Below, in pieces: positions 8,563 to 19,695 of a DNA stretch of 34,957 nucleotides. The notes below the pieces were generated by a model. It saw only the letters and a program-made list of their open reading frames with translations, ran no database searches and was not told the origin of the DNA. The stretch lies in sequence record SRR16203515_7935, one strand, 5' to 3'. The position numbers and the translations under genes are program-made. Each line of letters opens with the position of its first letter. Within the stretch, counting starts at the first letter, position 1.

Positions 8563-11394
8563 ATGGATAAAATCGAAATACGCGGTGCTCGCACCCACAA
8601 TTTGAAAAACATCGATTTAACGCTGCCGCGAGACAAACTGGTGGTGATCACCGGTCTATCTGGCTCAGGTAAATCGTCCTTAGCTTTCGATACTTTGTAT
8701 GCAGAGGGCCAGCGTCGTTACGTTGAGTCACTATCTGCCTATGCGCGACAGTTTCTCTCGATGATGGAAAAACCTGACGTTGACCATATCGAAGGTCTGT
8801 CACCAGCCATATCCATTGAACAAAAATCTACGTCGCACAATCCCCGCTCAACAGTGGGTACCATTACAGAGATTTACGATTATCTACGTTTGATGTTCGC
8901 GCGAGTGGGCACCCCTCGTTGTCCCGATCATGACGTGCCTCTTGATGCGCAAACCGTAAGTCAAATGGTTGATAAGGTGTTAGCCATGCCTGAAGGCAGC
9001 AAGTTAATGCTGTTGGCACCTATCATTAAAGAGCGCAAAGGTGAGCATGTTAAAACCTTGCAAACCCTATCGGCACAAGGTTTTATCCGCTGCCGTATTG
9101 ACGGTGAAGTCTGCGATTTATCTGATCCACCGCCGCTAGATTTGCACAAAAAGCACACTATCGAAGTGGTGGTTGATCGCTTTAAAGTGCGTGACGATAT
9201 GGCACTTCGTTTGTCAGAATCATTTGAAACAGCCCTCAGTCTCGCCGGCGGCAACGCCCTCGTGGCTGATATGGACGACAAAGATGCCGAAGAAATCGTG
9301 TTTTCAGCTAACTTCGCATGTCCACACTGCGGCTACAGTTTAAGTGAACTTGAGCCTAGGTTATTTTCTTTTAATAATCCGGCGGGCGCATGTCCAACCT
9401 GCGATGGTCTAGGCACACGTCAGTTCTTCGACCCTTCACGGGTGGTGGGAAACACTGAGCTTAGTTTGGCCGGTGGTGCCATTCGCGGCTGGGATAAACG
9501 CAGTTATTATTACTTTCAAATGCTACAGGCAGTCGCCGATCATTATGGTTTTGACGTGGCCGCGCCTTTTGAAAGCCTTAGCGAAGAACACAGAGATATT
9601 GTGTTGTATGGTTCGAAAGGTAAGTCGCTGTCGTTCAAATACATTAACGAACGCGGCGATATTATGGAGCGTAAGCATCCATTTGAAGGCATCATTCCCA
9701 ATATGGAACGTCGCTACCGCGAAACTGAATCAAATTCCGTGCGCGAAGAATTAGCGAAATACCTTAGCCAACAGCATTGCAGCAGTTGCAATGGTTCACG
9801 ACTAAGAACTGAAGCCAGAAATGTCTTTATTCAGGGCACTAATTTGCCCGCAATTGCAGAAATGTCGATTGCCGGTGCGTATGACTTTTTTGACGCCCTC
9901 GACTTGTCCGGTCAAAAAGCCCAAATTGCCGAAAAGATTTTAAAAGAAATTCTCGACCGTCTGCGCTTTTTGGTCAACGTGGGTTTAAATTATTTATCCT
10001 TATCACGTAGCGCTGACACCCTTTCAGGCGGTGAAGCACAGCGTATTCGACTGGCCAGCCAAATTGGCGCTGGTTTAGTGGGCGTGATGTATGTGCTTGA
10101 CGAACCCTCAATTGGTCTTCACCAAAGGGATAACGAAAGACTACTTAAAACCCTTACCCACCTGCGCGATTTAGGTAATACGGTATTGGTGGTAGAGCAT
10201 GATGAAGATGCCATTCGAGAAGCCGATTATGTAGTGGATATTGGTCCGGGTGCTGGGGTACATGGCGGCGAAATCATCGCGCAAGGCTCACTCGAAGACA
10301 TTGTAAACAGTGAACACTCGCTTACCGGTAAATACCTATCTGGTAGAGAGAAGATTGATATTCCGCCACAACGTACCCCAACCCATGAAGATAAATGGTT
10401 AGAGCTTAAAGGCGCTACCGGCAACAATTTACAGTCGGTAGATTTACGTATTCCCATGGGTGTTATGACCTGTGTAACCGGTGTTTCTGGGTCTGGCAAA
10501 TCTACCCTTATTAACGATACCTTCTATAAAATTGCTCATTGCGAATTGAACAAGGCTACCACCTCAGAACCTGCGCCCTATGAAAGCATGACGGGCCTTG
10601 ACCAGTTAGATAAGGTGGTGGATATAGACCAAAGCCCGATAGGTAGAACACCGCGCTCGAACCCTGCTACCTATGCAGGCATTTTTACGCCAATACGAGA
10701 AATGTTTGCTGGCACTCAAGAAGCTCGTTCACGCGGATATAAGCCGGGTCGTTTTAGCTTTAACGTAAAAGGCGGTCGCTGTGAGGCATGCCAAGGCGAT
10801 GGCGTAATCAAGGTTGAGATGCACTTCTTGCCGGATGTGTATGTGCCCTGTGATGTGTGTCAGGGCAAGCGCTATAATCGCGAAACCTTAGAAGTTAAGT
10901 ACAAAGACAAGAATATTCACGAAGTATTGGAGATGACGGTTGAAGACGCCCACCAATTCTTTGAGGCTATTCCTGCCATTGCCCGCAAGTTACAAACCTT
11001 AAAAAATGTCGGCTTGTCATATATTCGCTTAGGTCAGGCAGCCACGACCTTATCAGGTGGTGAAGCACAGCGGGTAAAGCTGGCCAAAGAGTTATCGAAA
11101 CGAGATACCGGTCAAACCTTGTATATCTTGGATGAACCCACCACGGGTTTACACTTCCATGATATTAAGCAATTACTCGCTGTATTGCACGAGCTTCGCG
11201 ATCACGGCAATACCGTAGTGGTAATTGAACACAATTTGGATGTGATTAAAACCGCAGATTGGATTGTGGACTTAGGACCAGAAGGTGGTTCAGGTGGCGG
11301 TCAAATTATTGCCGAAGGCACACCAGAACACGTGGCAGAACAAGAAGTATCCCATACCGGCCACTTCTTAAAACCCATGCTCAACCAAGGGTAA
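8563..11394 (+). CDS. uvrA: Excinuclease ABC subunit A
   Basis: Motifs [10 protein letters not shown], two Walker A ([18 protein letters not shown]), two LSGGEAQR signatures and Cys zinc modules; 943 aa. Confidence 0.99.
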   Translation: MDKIEIRGARTHNLKNIDLTLPRDKLVVITGLSGSGKSSLAFDTLYAEGQRRYVESLSAYARQFLSMMEKPDVDHIEGLSPAISIEQKSTSHNPRSTVGTITEIYDYLRLMFARVGTPRCPDHDVPLDAQTVSQMVDKVLAMPEGSKLMLLAPIIKERKGEHVKTLQTLSAQGFIRCRIDGEVCDLSDPPPLDLHKKHTIEVVVDRFKVRDDMALRLSESFETALSLAGGNALVADMDDKDAEEIVFSANFACPHCGYSLSELEPRLFSFNNPAGACPTCDGLGTRQFFDPSRVVGNTELSLAGGAIRGWDKRSYYYFQMLQAVADHYGFDVAAPFESLSEEHRDIVLYGSKGKSLSFKYINERGDIMERKHPFEGIIPNMERRYRETESNSVREELAKYLSQQHCSSCNGSRLRTEARNVFIQGTNLPAIAEMSIAGAYDFFDALDLSGQKAQIAEKILKEILDRLRFLVNVGLNYLSLSRSADTLSGGEAQRIRLASQIGAGLVGVMYVLDEPSIGLHQRDNERLLKTLTHLRDLGNTVLVVEHDEDAIREADYVVDIGPGAGVHGGEIIAQGSLEDIVNSEHSLTGKYLSGREKIDIPPQRTPTHEDKWLELKGATGNNLQSVDLRIPMGVMTCVTGVSGSGKSTLINDTFYKIAHCELNKATTSEPAPYESMTGLDQLDKVVDIDQSPIGRTPRSNPATYAGIFTPIREMFAGTQEARSRGYKPGRFSFNVKGGRCEACQGDGVIKVEMHFLPDVYVPCDVCQGKRYNRETLEVKYKDKNIHEVLEMTVEDAHQFFEAIPAIARKLQTLKNVGLSYIRLGQAATTLSGGEAQRVKLAKELSKRDTGQTLYILDEPTTGLHFHDIKQLLAVLHELRDHGNTVVVIEHNLDVIKTADWIVDLGPEGGSGGGQIIAEGTPEHVAEQEVSHTGHFLKPMLNQG

Positions 11395-11411
11395 AGTAGC
11401 CTTAGTAGAAC

Positions 11412-11440
11412 AAAAGCGCGCCCCTGTGGCGCGTTTTTTT
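11412..11440 (+). terminator. Intrinsic terminator of uvrA
   Basis: Stem-loop AAAAGCGCGCC-cctgt-GGCGCGTTTT followed by a T-run, 18 bp after the stop codon. Confidence 0.75.
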
Positions 11441-11449
11441 GTGCTTGGA

Positions 11450-11665
11450 GAAACGCCTTAAGACACCCACTCTTTGTTGGACACTCACTCCCCTTTATCG
11501 ACGGCCGAAACGCCTTAAGACACCCACTCTTTTTTGGACACTCACTCCCCTTTATCGACGGCCAACGGACAATCAACCAGGAATGTGGACATCCATCATC
11601 AAAACATGGGTGTCTTTATGAGTGAGTCGCTGCAAATAGGTGTCTTTATCTACGATGGGTGTCTT
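11450..11665. repeat. GACACCCA-motif cluster 1, including a 57-bp tandem duplication
   Basis: 57-bp units at 11450-11506 and 11507-11563 (1 mismatch). Forward motif copies at 11462, 11480, 11519, 11537 and 11588; reverse copies at 11606, 11636 and 11655. Confidence 0.9.
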
Positions 11666-11694
11666 AACTTTTGCGTTAACCTATGCAAGCGCGT

Positions 11695-13194
11695 CTATTG
11701 TTTAGCCGCTTGAATAGCTAACCCTTCACAGACCGAGTTAAATGCATCATTTTCAAGACGTGGCAGGCCTTTTAAAAGTTCCTCATAAAGGGCGTCTATG
11801 ATTATCGGCGACAGACTCATCCCCCCTGTGATCATTACCACTTCCGGTTTATCACTGGCTTTTTCCAGGCACTCAACCACCAAAGCTTTTACCTTGCTAA
11901 GCCATGGTTTCAACGCAGTTTTAAGCGCATCTTTACTTATAATCACATCAAAATCATCTTCTACATAATGCAGGGGCAATGTAATGACATCTTTGCTCGA
12001 CAATAACTCTTTCGCCATTCTTACTGAGTTAACTAAGCGTGCGGATAATTTATTTTCTTGCACTAGTAGCAAGCGCTCTAACTGCTGAGGATCTTTGGTG
12101 ATCGACATGGTCTGCGCAATCGCTAATCCATAATCATCGGAGAAAAAGCGGGTGAGCGCGGGTATATTATCTACCGCACACATATCTGAAAAATATGTCG
12201 GTGGCACAGGTAAGCCGTTAATGGTTTTAAGTCCCATGCCCATTTCCGGCGCTACCGCCTTTAATAATAAGCTCTTATCGCAATCCATCCCGCCGAGTCG
12301 CCTACCGGTTACTGATAAAACATCATCACGCCTATCAAGTTGATTGGTTCTGTCAGGTGAAAGATTAATGCAGCAGATGTCCGTGGTCCCGCCCCCTATA
12401 TCGACAATCAACGCTGTCGTGTCACGAGATAGGGTTTGTTCTATTTTGTAGGCAGCAGCGATCGGCTCATCAAGAAAGTTTACTTTTTTGAAACCGGCGA
12501 TAGAGGCTGCTTGAGTCATTATTTCAATGGCTTGACTATTACCTGCCTCCCCTCGCGTACCGTGAAACTTCACCGGTCTGCCTATTACAGCGGAGGTAAC
12601 TGTAGTATTAAGCTGCTGCTGCGCACACTGCTTGAAATAAGCTAATTGTTTACCGATGATACCCACAAACGCTTTTTTCTGATCGTTATCTAATGACGCA
12701 CCTAAGAAGTTTTTAGGTGAATAAATAAGCCGGCCTTTATCGGGCATCTTAAGGAAACGTTTGAAGCCCTCTTCACCAAACGCAAACTTCCCCGTTTCCA
12801 CTAATCGCAGTAAGGGTATTTCGTCTAGCGACATAACGTGCATCAGTTGTTGTATCGCTTTTCGTTGTAACGCCGGTTTATTGTGGTAGTCGCCACGCAG
12901 GTCGTCGATACGATTGCTGAATACCGCTTGCTCTTTGGGATCTTTCGCCGAATAGTAGCCTTGCTTAGCTTTATCTATCTGATCATTGATGGCACGTTGC
13001 AACTGAGCGACTTTTACCTCCACCATTTCGTCTGGCGGTGGCGGTAATTCGTCTTCAAAGTAAATAAAAACTGAAGAACGAATTTTGCTGCCATGCTTTA
13101 TTAGCGGATCAAGCTTAATGTGCCTGTGGGTAGCACCGTCAAAGTACACCGCTTCGGAGTTTGATGTACCGTAATCAATCCCAATTGCCGTCAT
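11695..13194 (-). CDS. Hsp70-family ATPase, YegD-like (no C-terminal substrate-binding domain)
   Basis: Motifs IGIDYGTSNS, SPKNFLG, VIGRPVKF, EPIAAA, DIGGGTTD and ITGGMS; the protein ends right after the nucleotide-binding domain. Confidence 0.82.
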   Translation of the reverse strand: MTAIGIDYGTSNSEAVYFDGATHRHIKLDPLIKHGSKIRSSVFIYFEDELPPPPDEMVEVKVAQLQRAINDQIDKAKQGYYSAKDPKEQAVFSNRIDDLRGDYHNKPALQRKAIQQLMHVMSLDEIPLLRLVETGKFAFGEEGFKRFLKMPDKGRLIYSPKNFLGASLDNDQKKAFVGIIGKQLAYFKQCAQQQLNTTVTSAVIGRPVKFHGTRGEAGNSQAIEIMTQAASIAGFKKVNFLDEPIAAAYKIEQTLSRDTTALIVDIGGGTTDICCINLSPDRTNQLDRRDDVLSVTGRRLGGMDCDKSLLLKAVAPEMGMGLKTINGLPVPPTYFSDMCAVDNIPALTRFFSDDYGLAIAQTMSITKDPQQLERLLLVQENKLSARLVNSVRMAKELLSSKDVITLPLHYVEDDFDVIISKDALKTALKPWLSKVKALVVECLEKASDKPEVVMITGGMSLSPIIIDALYEELLKGLPRLENDAFNSVCEGLAIQAAKQ

Positions 13195-13384
13195 AATCAT
13201 TGTTTAATCAGAAGTTTGGCGGGAATTGTAAATGAAAAGCTGGCAACGGTCACATTACGCTTAAGATAAATTATCTGCCGCGCAAGAACGCTCTATTCTG
13301 TTATCAAAAATCTGACTCAAACCGAACCTAACTTTATCTACCAATAAAGCTTCTCTGCGGTTGGCAATATTACAAAGCGATAAA

Positions 13385-14314
13385 TTAAGAAGCCTGCTTA
13401 CGTTGCGCAATAACCACACTTATTTTGGAGGAAAAGCGAGTCTCAATATTGTTTGCCATGTGAAACCACACGCTGTTATCCAAGCCAACTTGGCTTAAGA
13501 TTGGTTCACTATTAGCGGAGAGGACGCCGTAGGACTTCATTGTTAGCCTGCGCCCTGTGTAGTCAACCAACGTCAAATAATCTTCAAGTGTGAAAGGGAG
13601 GCCTTTTTTAGCATCTTTACTAGCAACACCTGTAAAGGGCATTAGTTTGCGGGGCTGTTGATGATTCTTTTCAGCCTTAATCCGACGTTGAATACTGGTA
13701 TGTTCAGATTTCTCTAATGTCGTTGCTTTGCCAGCACGAATAGGATTTAAATCAACATACGCCATACACGCCAATAACGCAGCTTCGTCTAACAAAGCCT
13801 GTGATTTGAAACGACCTTCCCAAAAACGTCCGGTACATTCGTCTTCTTTGTTCGCTAACCTAGCAATGTACTCGTTCAATAAACGCATGAACCAGCTTAT
13901 GTCATACAACCTTTTTCGATAAATCGACACGCTAGACAGTACACTTTGCTGCTCAACTTCAGACAGTGAGGCTCGTGATTTTGGGTTCATATACCGACGT
14001 GTCAACGTGGTACCTTTATGCAACTTATGCCAGCGACGTAACACGTCTTCTGCACTCAACGACAGCGCTTGCTGCTTATCAACGTGCAATACCAGGTGAG
14101 TGTGATTACTCATTATCGCAAACGCACACACATCAATAGCAAACACACTTGCAAGTTTGAGTAATCGGTTTTCTACCCACTGTCTACGGTGCTCGTAACT
14201 TTTGCCGCTGAAAAAATCGCTCCCACACAAAAATGCCCGCCTAACGCATCGCGATACGCAATGATAATAGGCTGTGGTGTCCAAACAAATAAGTGATTTT
14301 CTTGGCTGTGGCAT
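13385..14314 (-). mobile_element. HUH/Y1 transposase of the IS200/IS605 superfamily, RAYT-like (long, about 310 aa type)
   Basis: Motifs YYHCVSRCVRRAFLCG, HUH motif MSNHTHLVL, FWEGRFKSQ and catalytic Tyr in AYVDLNPIRAG. No tnpB and no terminal inverted repeats; flanked by short-motif clusters. Confidence 0.88.
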
Positions 14315-14399
14315 AGGAGCGCTAGGCTAGTAAAGAATACCATTTAATATGAATGATAAAATTTGCCTACGGAACTGACCTGAGGGATAGAAAAGAATG

Positions 14400-14660
14400 A
14401 TGGATGTCTAGTTAGGGTATTGTTCTAAGTGGATGTCCATTTACTTTCTTTTGCGGGTGTCTATTAATGCGGGTGCTAGAATATCTTTTTGGGTTTATAA
14501 CACCGAAGAAGAGATTGAAAAAACTATCAAAGCCATAAAAGCCCTTGTTGATTTAGTAAAACGCTAATTGTTATTGGCTACTGAGTTTTACCGAGTAGAT
14601 AGTCAGAGTTCACTTACCATGCATTTATTGTCTCATTACGGGTGTCTATAAATGCGGGTG
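14400..14660. repeat. Motif cluster 2 upstream of the RAYT-like gene, with 22-bp direct repeats
   Basis: ATGGATGTC at 14400, GTGGATGTC at 14429, CGGGTGTCTATTAATGCGGGTG at 14454-14475 and CGGGTGTCTATAAATGCGGGTG at 14639-14660. Confidence 0.8.
14475..14567 (+). pseudogene. Orphan 3' fragment resembling the C-terminus of a class-V aminotransferase / cysteine desulfurase
   Basis: Translates as ARISFWVYNTEEEIEKTIKAIKALVDLVKR*, matching the R-x-S-F-x-x-Y-N-T-x-E-E-I motif of SufS/CsdA-like enzymes. The upstream body of the gene is absent. Confidence 0.6.
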
Positions 14661-14725
14661 GCTGAAAACATCATCACTCCATGCTACAGTGAGTAAAAAC
14701 TCAAATAACAAACACGAAGTTATCT

Positions 14726-15145
14726 ATGACAGCCTCTACTCCTTTAGTTACCTCTTTCGACGTACGCTTTTGTGAAACTGACGCCCTACAACACGTCAGC
14801 AATACCGCGTTAGTGGCATGGTTTGAAGCCGCCCGCGAACCGATATTCCGTATGTTTACGCCCACCTTAGATTTGCAAAACTGGCCACTTATCCTTGCCA
14901 GTTACAAGGTCGATTTTCTCGCGCAAATTTTTTACGGCCAGCCGGTTACGGTAAAAACCTTTATTAGTCGCTTAGGTAATAGTGCCTTTGATGTCTACCA
15001 AGAGCTGTGGCAACAAGACAAACTATGTGCCACAGGTATTACAACTATGGTGCATTTCGATTATCAAAATCAACGGTCCGCGCCCATTCCTGATGCGGTA
15101 AAAGCAGAATTACAAAGCCACTTTAAAGCATTAAGCGACGCGTAG
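14726..15145 (+). CDS. Acyl-CoA thioesterase, hotdog fold (4HBT/YbgC-like)
   Basis: Motif VRFCETDALQHVSN....WFEAAR; 139 aa. Confidence 0.85.
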   Translation: MTASTPLVTSFDVRFCETDALQHVSNTALVAWFEAAREPIFRMFTPTLDLQNWPLILASYKVDFLAQIFYGQPVTVKTFISRLGNSAFDVYQELWQQDKLCATGITTMVHFDYQNQRSAPIPDAVKAELQSHFKALSDA

Positions 15146-15159
15146 GAGAAAGACGCAGT

Positions 15160-15855
15160 ATGAGTGATTTAATTGAAGTCATCGATGACGTGTTATCGCC
15201 GGAATTATGTAACGAACTGATGGCGCGCTTTGAAAAAAGCCCTAACCTTACCCAAGGGCGCACAGGCGGCGGCGTCGATTTAGATAAAAAGCGCAGTACC
15301 GATGTATCAATTAGCCAAAATGCGGAGTTTGCTGATCTGTTTAAACAGGTTATGCAAGTGACCGGACAACAACTTGTTGCTTATATCGAAAAATATTACT
15401 TCGCGCTTGTCGGCCCCATGGGGCTAACGGTGCACCACCCCAAAACTGGCCAGCCTGTTAAGTTAACCGGGGAGAACTTCGATGAAGTGGGTAAACCTAA
15501 CTTGGCTAATTTGGTGAATTATCTCTATCGCGTAGGGGATATTAACGCGCAACGCTACACGGCCGGCGATGGTGGCTATCCATATTGGCATTCAGAAGTA
15601 TTCCCCCAGATGCCCCATAACGATGCCTTACACCGCGTATTGTTGTTCATGTTTTACTTAAACGATGTGGACGAAGGCGGAGAAACCGAGTTTTATTACC
15701 AAAACCGTGCCGTGAAACCTAAGGCGGGGCGTATGGTGATTGCACCCGCGTATTTTACTCATACCCATCGCGGCAATATTCCTAAGAGCAACGATAAATA
15801 TATCTTAACGTCATGGTTGCTGTATAACCGAGCCGAGCAAATTTACACCCAGTAG
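15160..15855 (+). CDS. 2OG-Fe(II) oxygenase
   Basis: Motifs WHSE (HxE), FYLNDVDEGGETEF, THTHRG and KYILTSW. Confidence 0.85.
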   Translation: MSDLIEVIDDVLSPELCNELMARFEKSPNLTQGRTGGGVDLDKKRSTDVSISQNAEFADLFKQVMQVTGQQLVAYIEKYYFALVGPMGLTVHHPKTGQPVKLTGENFDEVGKPNLANLVNYLYRVGDINAQRYTAGDGGYPYWHSEVFPQMPHNDALHRVLLFMFYLNDVDEGGETEFYYQNRAVKPKAGRMVIAPAYFTHTHRGNIPKSNDKYILTSWLLYNRAEQIYTQ

Positions 15856-15860
15856 AAGCG

Positions 15861-16346
15861 TTAAAACGCTTCTACTGCTTCGCCACTAAGTCGATAGCCT
15901 ACCGAGGCAATATCGCCCTGCCAGCCGTCGGTAGACAGTACGCCTGTCACCCAAATAGCATCGTAAATATTGTCAATCGCAATGCCTTCTTCAAATTTCA
16001 CGTAAACAATTTGATTTGAAGGGGGAGGCGGCACATGAATACAAGCGCCGAAGTAAGGCACCAATAAAAACTCTGTGGTGAGTTCATCCGTACCCTCTAA
16101 CGGCACGACAAAGCCAGGAATTTTAACCCGTTTTTGATTAAACCTATCCACAATGGGGGCATCAGGCTGTAACTGACTCATTTCGCCGTTGTGCTGAACC
16201 GAAGGTGGCGCCAGTTCATTAAAGCCTTCCGGCACTAAATCTTCCCAATAGACTTCTACAGGCTCATCCGCAGCGCGTGCTGACAATGAAAATATCGTCG
16301 TAAAGACACACAACAATGCCCATAAAGTTATCTTGTGATTGCGCAT
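15861..16346 (-). CDS. DUF3299-family exported protein
   Basis: Signal peptide, WEDLVP, VKIPGFVVPL and EFLLVPYFGACIHVPPPPSNQIVYV. Confidence 0.8.
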   Translation of the reverse strand: MRNHKITLWALLCVFTTIFSLSARAADEPVEVYWEDLVPEGFNELAPPSVQHNGEMSQLQPDAPIVDRFNQKRVKIPGFVVPLEGTDELTTEFLLVPYFGACIHVPPPPSNQIVYVKFEEGIAIDNIYDAIWVTGVLSTDGWQGDIASVGYRLSGEAVEAF

Positions 16347-16363
16347 AATTCTCTCTTACCAAT

Positions 16364-16392
16364 AAAAAAGGGCTGGTAGTAACCAGCCCTTT
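16364..16392 (-). terminator. Intrinsic terminator after ppa
   Basis: AAAGGGCTGGT-agta-ACCAGCCCTTT hairpin with an A-run on + (U-tract on -). Confidence 0.75.
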
Positions 16393-16418
16393 GTAACATT
16401 TATTTTAAGCAGGGTGAA

Positions 16419-16949
16419 TTATTCTGCTTCGAAACGCTCAACGCTAGAGACGATTTCAGCTTTCGCCGCTTCTGCATCTGCCCAGCCGTCAATCTTAACC
16501 CATTTACCTGGCTCAAGATCTTTATAGTGCTCGAAGAAGTGCTCGATTTGCTTAAGCAGCAGTGGTGGCACGTCAGAAATTTCTTTCACATCACGGTAAA
16601 TAGTAGAAAGCTTGTCTACCGGCACAGCCAATACTTTTGCGTCTTTACCTGACTCATCGGTCATGTTTAACACGCCAACAGGACGACATTTAATTACAGA
16701 GCCCGCAAGTAGTGGGAAAGGTGTCATCACAAGTACGTCTACCGGATCACCATCTTCAGATAAGGTGTTATTCACGTAGCCATAGTTTGTTGGGTAGTGC
16801 ATGCATGTCGCCATGAAGCGATCAACATACAATGCGCCTGTATCTTTATCTACTTCGTATTTCACCGGGTCAGCGTGCGCTGGAATTTCGATGATCACAT
16901 TCACTTCGTCTGGCAAGTTCTTGCCCGCAGGAACAGCACTTAAGCTCAT
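16419..16949 (-). CDS. ppa: Inorganic pyrophosphatase (family I)
   Basis: Motifs [27 protein letters not shown] and [10 protein letters not shown]. Confidence 0.97.
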   Translation of the reverse strand: MSLSAVPAGKNLPDEVNVIIEIPAHADPVKYEVDKDTGALYVDRFMATCMHYPTNYGYVNNTLSEDGDPVDVLVMTPFPLLAGSVIKCRPVGVLNMTDESGKDAKVLAVPVDKLSTIYRDVKEISDVPPLLLKQIEHFFEHYKDLEPGKWVKIDGWADAEAAKAEIVSSVERFEAE

Positions 16950-17071
16950 TCTATAGTCCTTACAATGATATGTTAGAAATTTTGCCCGTAAGTATACGGT
17001 GACAACGGCAAAATAAAAATGGTTTACGACTCAAGTCGCATTAATCTGTTGTATTTTGCCGCTATTTTTAA

Positions 17072-18049
17072 CTATTCGCTCTTTTCAGCATAACTCAGGC
17101 ACATTTCTACTTCGCCTTTTGAGCCAATAAGACAAGGCACGCGTTGATGAATTTCTTCTGGCATCACTTCTAATATACGCCCCGTACCGGTTTCTGCCTT
17201 ACCGCCGGCTTGCTCCATTAAGAAGGCCATCGGGTTTGCTTCATATAACAAGCGCAGCTTGCCGGGTTTTGAAGGATCACGGTTGTCATAGGGGTACATA
17301 AAAATACCACCGCGGCATAACAAACGATGGATATCCCCTACCATGGCTGCCACCCAACGCATATTATAGTTTTTACCACGAGGGCCTTCTTTACCCGCTA
17401 ATAGATCAGCAATATAGGCTTGCATGGCCGGTTCCCAATGACGCTGATTTGACGCATTTATGGAGAACTCATTAGTCTCTTCGGGCACTTTAATATTGGG
17501 GTGAGTCAGTAGGAAGCCGCCGTGCGTTTTATCTAGGGTGTAGATATGAGTACCGCGCCCAGTGGTCAACGCCAACATGGTAGAGGGGCCATAAAGTACA
17601 TACCCCGCAGCCACTATTTGCGTGCCTGGCTGCAAAAATGCAGAAGGGTCATCAGGCTCCATCCACTGCGGCGCGTGGGTGATAGAAAAAATAGTACCTA
17701 TTAAACTGTTTATTTCGGTATTCGATGAACCATCTAGAGGGTCAAAACTCACTAGGTATTTGCCGTCGGGGTTACACGGCACAACATCATCTTCCTCTTC
17801 AGAGGAGATGGCTTTCACGTAGCCAGACTCACTCAGGGTGTCTTTTAAAATATGGTTTGAAATAACGTCGAGTTTCTTTTGAGTTTCACCCTGCACATTT
17901 TCTGACAAGGTTGACCCCAAAACACCTGCAAGTGCCCCTTGGCTTACACGGAAAGAGATTTCTTTACAGCCCGCGAGTAATGTACGGATAAGCAGAATAA
18001 GTTCAAGAGGCGCTCCGTCTTGCTGCAGTTGGGAGTTTAAACGTTTCAT
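17072..18049 (-). CDS. fbp: Fructose-1,6-bisphosphatase class 1
   Basis: Motifs [21 protein letters not shown] and [11 protein letters not shown]. Confidence 0.96.
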   Translation of the reverse strand: MKRLNSQLQQDGAPLELILLIRTLLAGCKEISFRVSQGALAGVLGSTLSENVQGETQKKLDVISNHILKDTLSESGYVKAISSEEEDDVVPCNPDGKYLVSFDPLDGSSNTEINSLIGTIFSITHAPQWMEPDDPSAFLQPGTQIVAAGYVLYGPSTMLALTTGRGTHIYTLDKTHGGFLLTHPNIKVPEETNEFSINASNQRHWEPAMQAYIADLLAGKEGPRGKNYNMRWVAAMVGDIHRLLCRGGIFMYPYDNRDPSKPGKLRLLYEANPMAFLMEQAGGKAETGTGRILEVMPEEIHQRVPCLIGSKGEVEMCLSYAEKSE

Positions 18050-18339
18050 CTTTGTTAGCCTTTTTTGAGATATGTAGGGTATGACAATATAAGGCGCACA
18101 GTTTTCCTTACTGGCTGTCTCTTACGTTGCCAACAGCCGTTAAAATATAACGCCTGTTAGTTGATTGTAACCGTGAATGACAAGAAGGGAAACATTGAAG
18201 AATAAACCAGCACACAACCCATACCAGTTTACCGATTTAAACCGCGAGACATAAGTAAACCACTGAAATTTGGTTATTCAACCTATCCCAGCTTCTGATA
18301 AAGTACCCCCTAACTAGAACGTTTATATGAGAAAGCGCC

Positions 18340-19695
18340 ATGCACGTACATATTCTTGGGATCTGCGGCAGTTTTATGGGTGGCATTGCCGCTATTGCTA
18401 AGACGCTAGGCCATAAAGTGACGGGGTCGGATCACAATGTGTATCCGCCAATGAGCACCCAGCTAGAAGCGCTCGGGATAGAGCTTACTGAAGGCTACGA
18501 CAAAGCTCAGTTTGAGCCTGCCCCTGACATGGTGATTATTGGCAACGCTATGTCGAGAGGCAATCCTGCGGTGGAATTCGTCTTAAATAGAAATTTACCT
18601 TATACCAGTGGTCCTCAATGGTTGCTTGATAACCTGCTAAAAGACAGGTGGGTGATAGGCGCAAGCGGTACCCACGGTAAAACCACCACCAGTAGCATGA
18701 TTGCATGGATTTTAGAATATGCCGGGCTCAAGCCGGGCTACCTGATTGGCGGCGTACCTGAAAACTTTGGGGTATCTGCTCGCGTTGGCGAAAGCCCATT
18801 CTTTGTGATTGAAGCTGACGAATACGATAGTGCCTTTTTTGATAAACGCTCTAAGTTCGTGCATTACCGCCCCAAAACCCTCGTCATCAACAATTTAGAG
18901 TTTGATCATGCGGATATCTTCGCCAACTTAGCGGCGATCCAAACACAATTTCATCACTTGGTTCGCATGGTGCCAGAAAATGGTCTTATTTTAACCCCTA
19001 ACAATGAGACAGCCATAGAAGACACACTGGCGAAAGGCTGTTGGTCTGAGCGTCAATCCTTAGGCCAAGACTGGCAAGCCAAGCTGATTAATGATGATGG
19101 CAGCGCCTTTGATGTGCTTCACCATAATAAAACAGTGGGCACGGTGAATTGGACACTCATGGGACAACACAATGTAGACAATGCCCTTATGGCGCTGGCC
19201 GCCGCCCATCATGCCGGGGTTACCTTAAAAGATGCCATCGATGCGCTTGGTTCATTTAAAAATGTTAAGCGGCGTATGGAAACGAAGGGAAGCGTAAATG
19301 GGGTCACCGTCTACGACGACTTTGCTCATCACCCCACTGCCATTGCCACCACCCTTGATGGCTTACGAAAGAAGGTGGGTAAAGCACGGATATTGGCGGT
19401 ACTAGAGCCGCGCTCAAACACTATGAAGATGGGTGTCCACAAAGATACCTTGGTGGCATCGTGGCAACAGGCCGATGAAGTTTTCGTTTACGAACCTGAC
19501 GGTATGGACTGGTCACTGGCCGAGCGGGCCCAGCAAAGTCAGACACCCACACAATGTTTTAATGAAGTTGAAGCGATCGTACAGCAGCTGTCGCGCGTAA
19601 GTGAGCCCGGTGATCATATTCTTATTATGAGTAATGGTGGCTTTGAAGGTATTCATCAGCGCGTGCTTAGTGCGCTTAACGAGGTAACACCATGA
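18340..19695 (+). CDS. mpl: Murein peptide ligase (UDP-MurNAc:tripeptide ligase)
   Basis: Motifs [46 protein letters not shown] and [10 protein letters not shown]; divergent from fbp, as in many gammaproteobacteria. Confidence 0.95.
   Translation: MHVHILGICGSFMGGIAAIAKTLGHKVTGSDHNVYPPMSTQLEALGIELTEGYDKAQFEPAPDMVIIGNAMSRGNPAVEFVLNRNLPYTSGPQWLLDNLLKDRWVIGASGTHGKTTTSSMIAWILEYAGLKPGYLIGGVPENFGVSARVGESPFFVIEADEYDSAFFDKRSKFVHYRPKTLVINNLEFDHADIFANLAAIQTQFHHLVRMVPENGLILTPNNETAIEDTLAKGCWSERQSLGQDWQAKLINDDGSAFDVLHHNKTVGTVNWTLMGQHNVDNALMALAAAHHAGVTLKDAIDALGSFKNVKRRMETKGSVNGVTVYDDFAHHPTAIATTLDGLRKKVGKARILAVLEPRSNTMKMGVHKDTLVASWQQADEVFVYEPDGMDWSLAERAQQSQTPTQCFNEVEAIVQQLSRVSEPGDHILIMSNGGFEGIHQRVLSALNEVTP

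Noticed and set aside
11301-11621. Short ORFs with internal peptide repeats (11301-11576 -, 11439-11621 +)
   Set aside because: They are translation by-products of the 57-bp duplication (a multiple of 3). They overlap the uvrA end or terminator and have no recognisable protein features.
11450-11665. CRISPR array interpretation of the motif clusters
   Set aside because: The conserved unit is only 8-13 bp, spacing is irregular, orientations are mixed, and no cas genes are present in the window.
13385-14314. Classical IS200/IS605 insertion sequence
   Set aside because: The protein is about twice the length of IS200 TnpA, there is no tnpB, and I found no subterminal hairpin ends. A RAYT-like assignment fits better.
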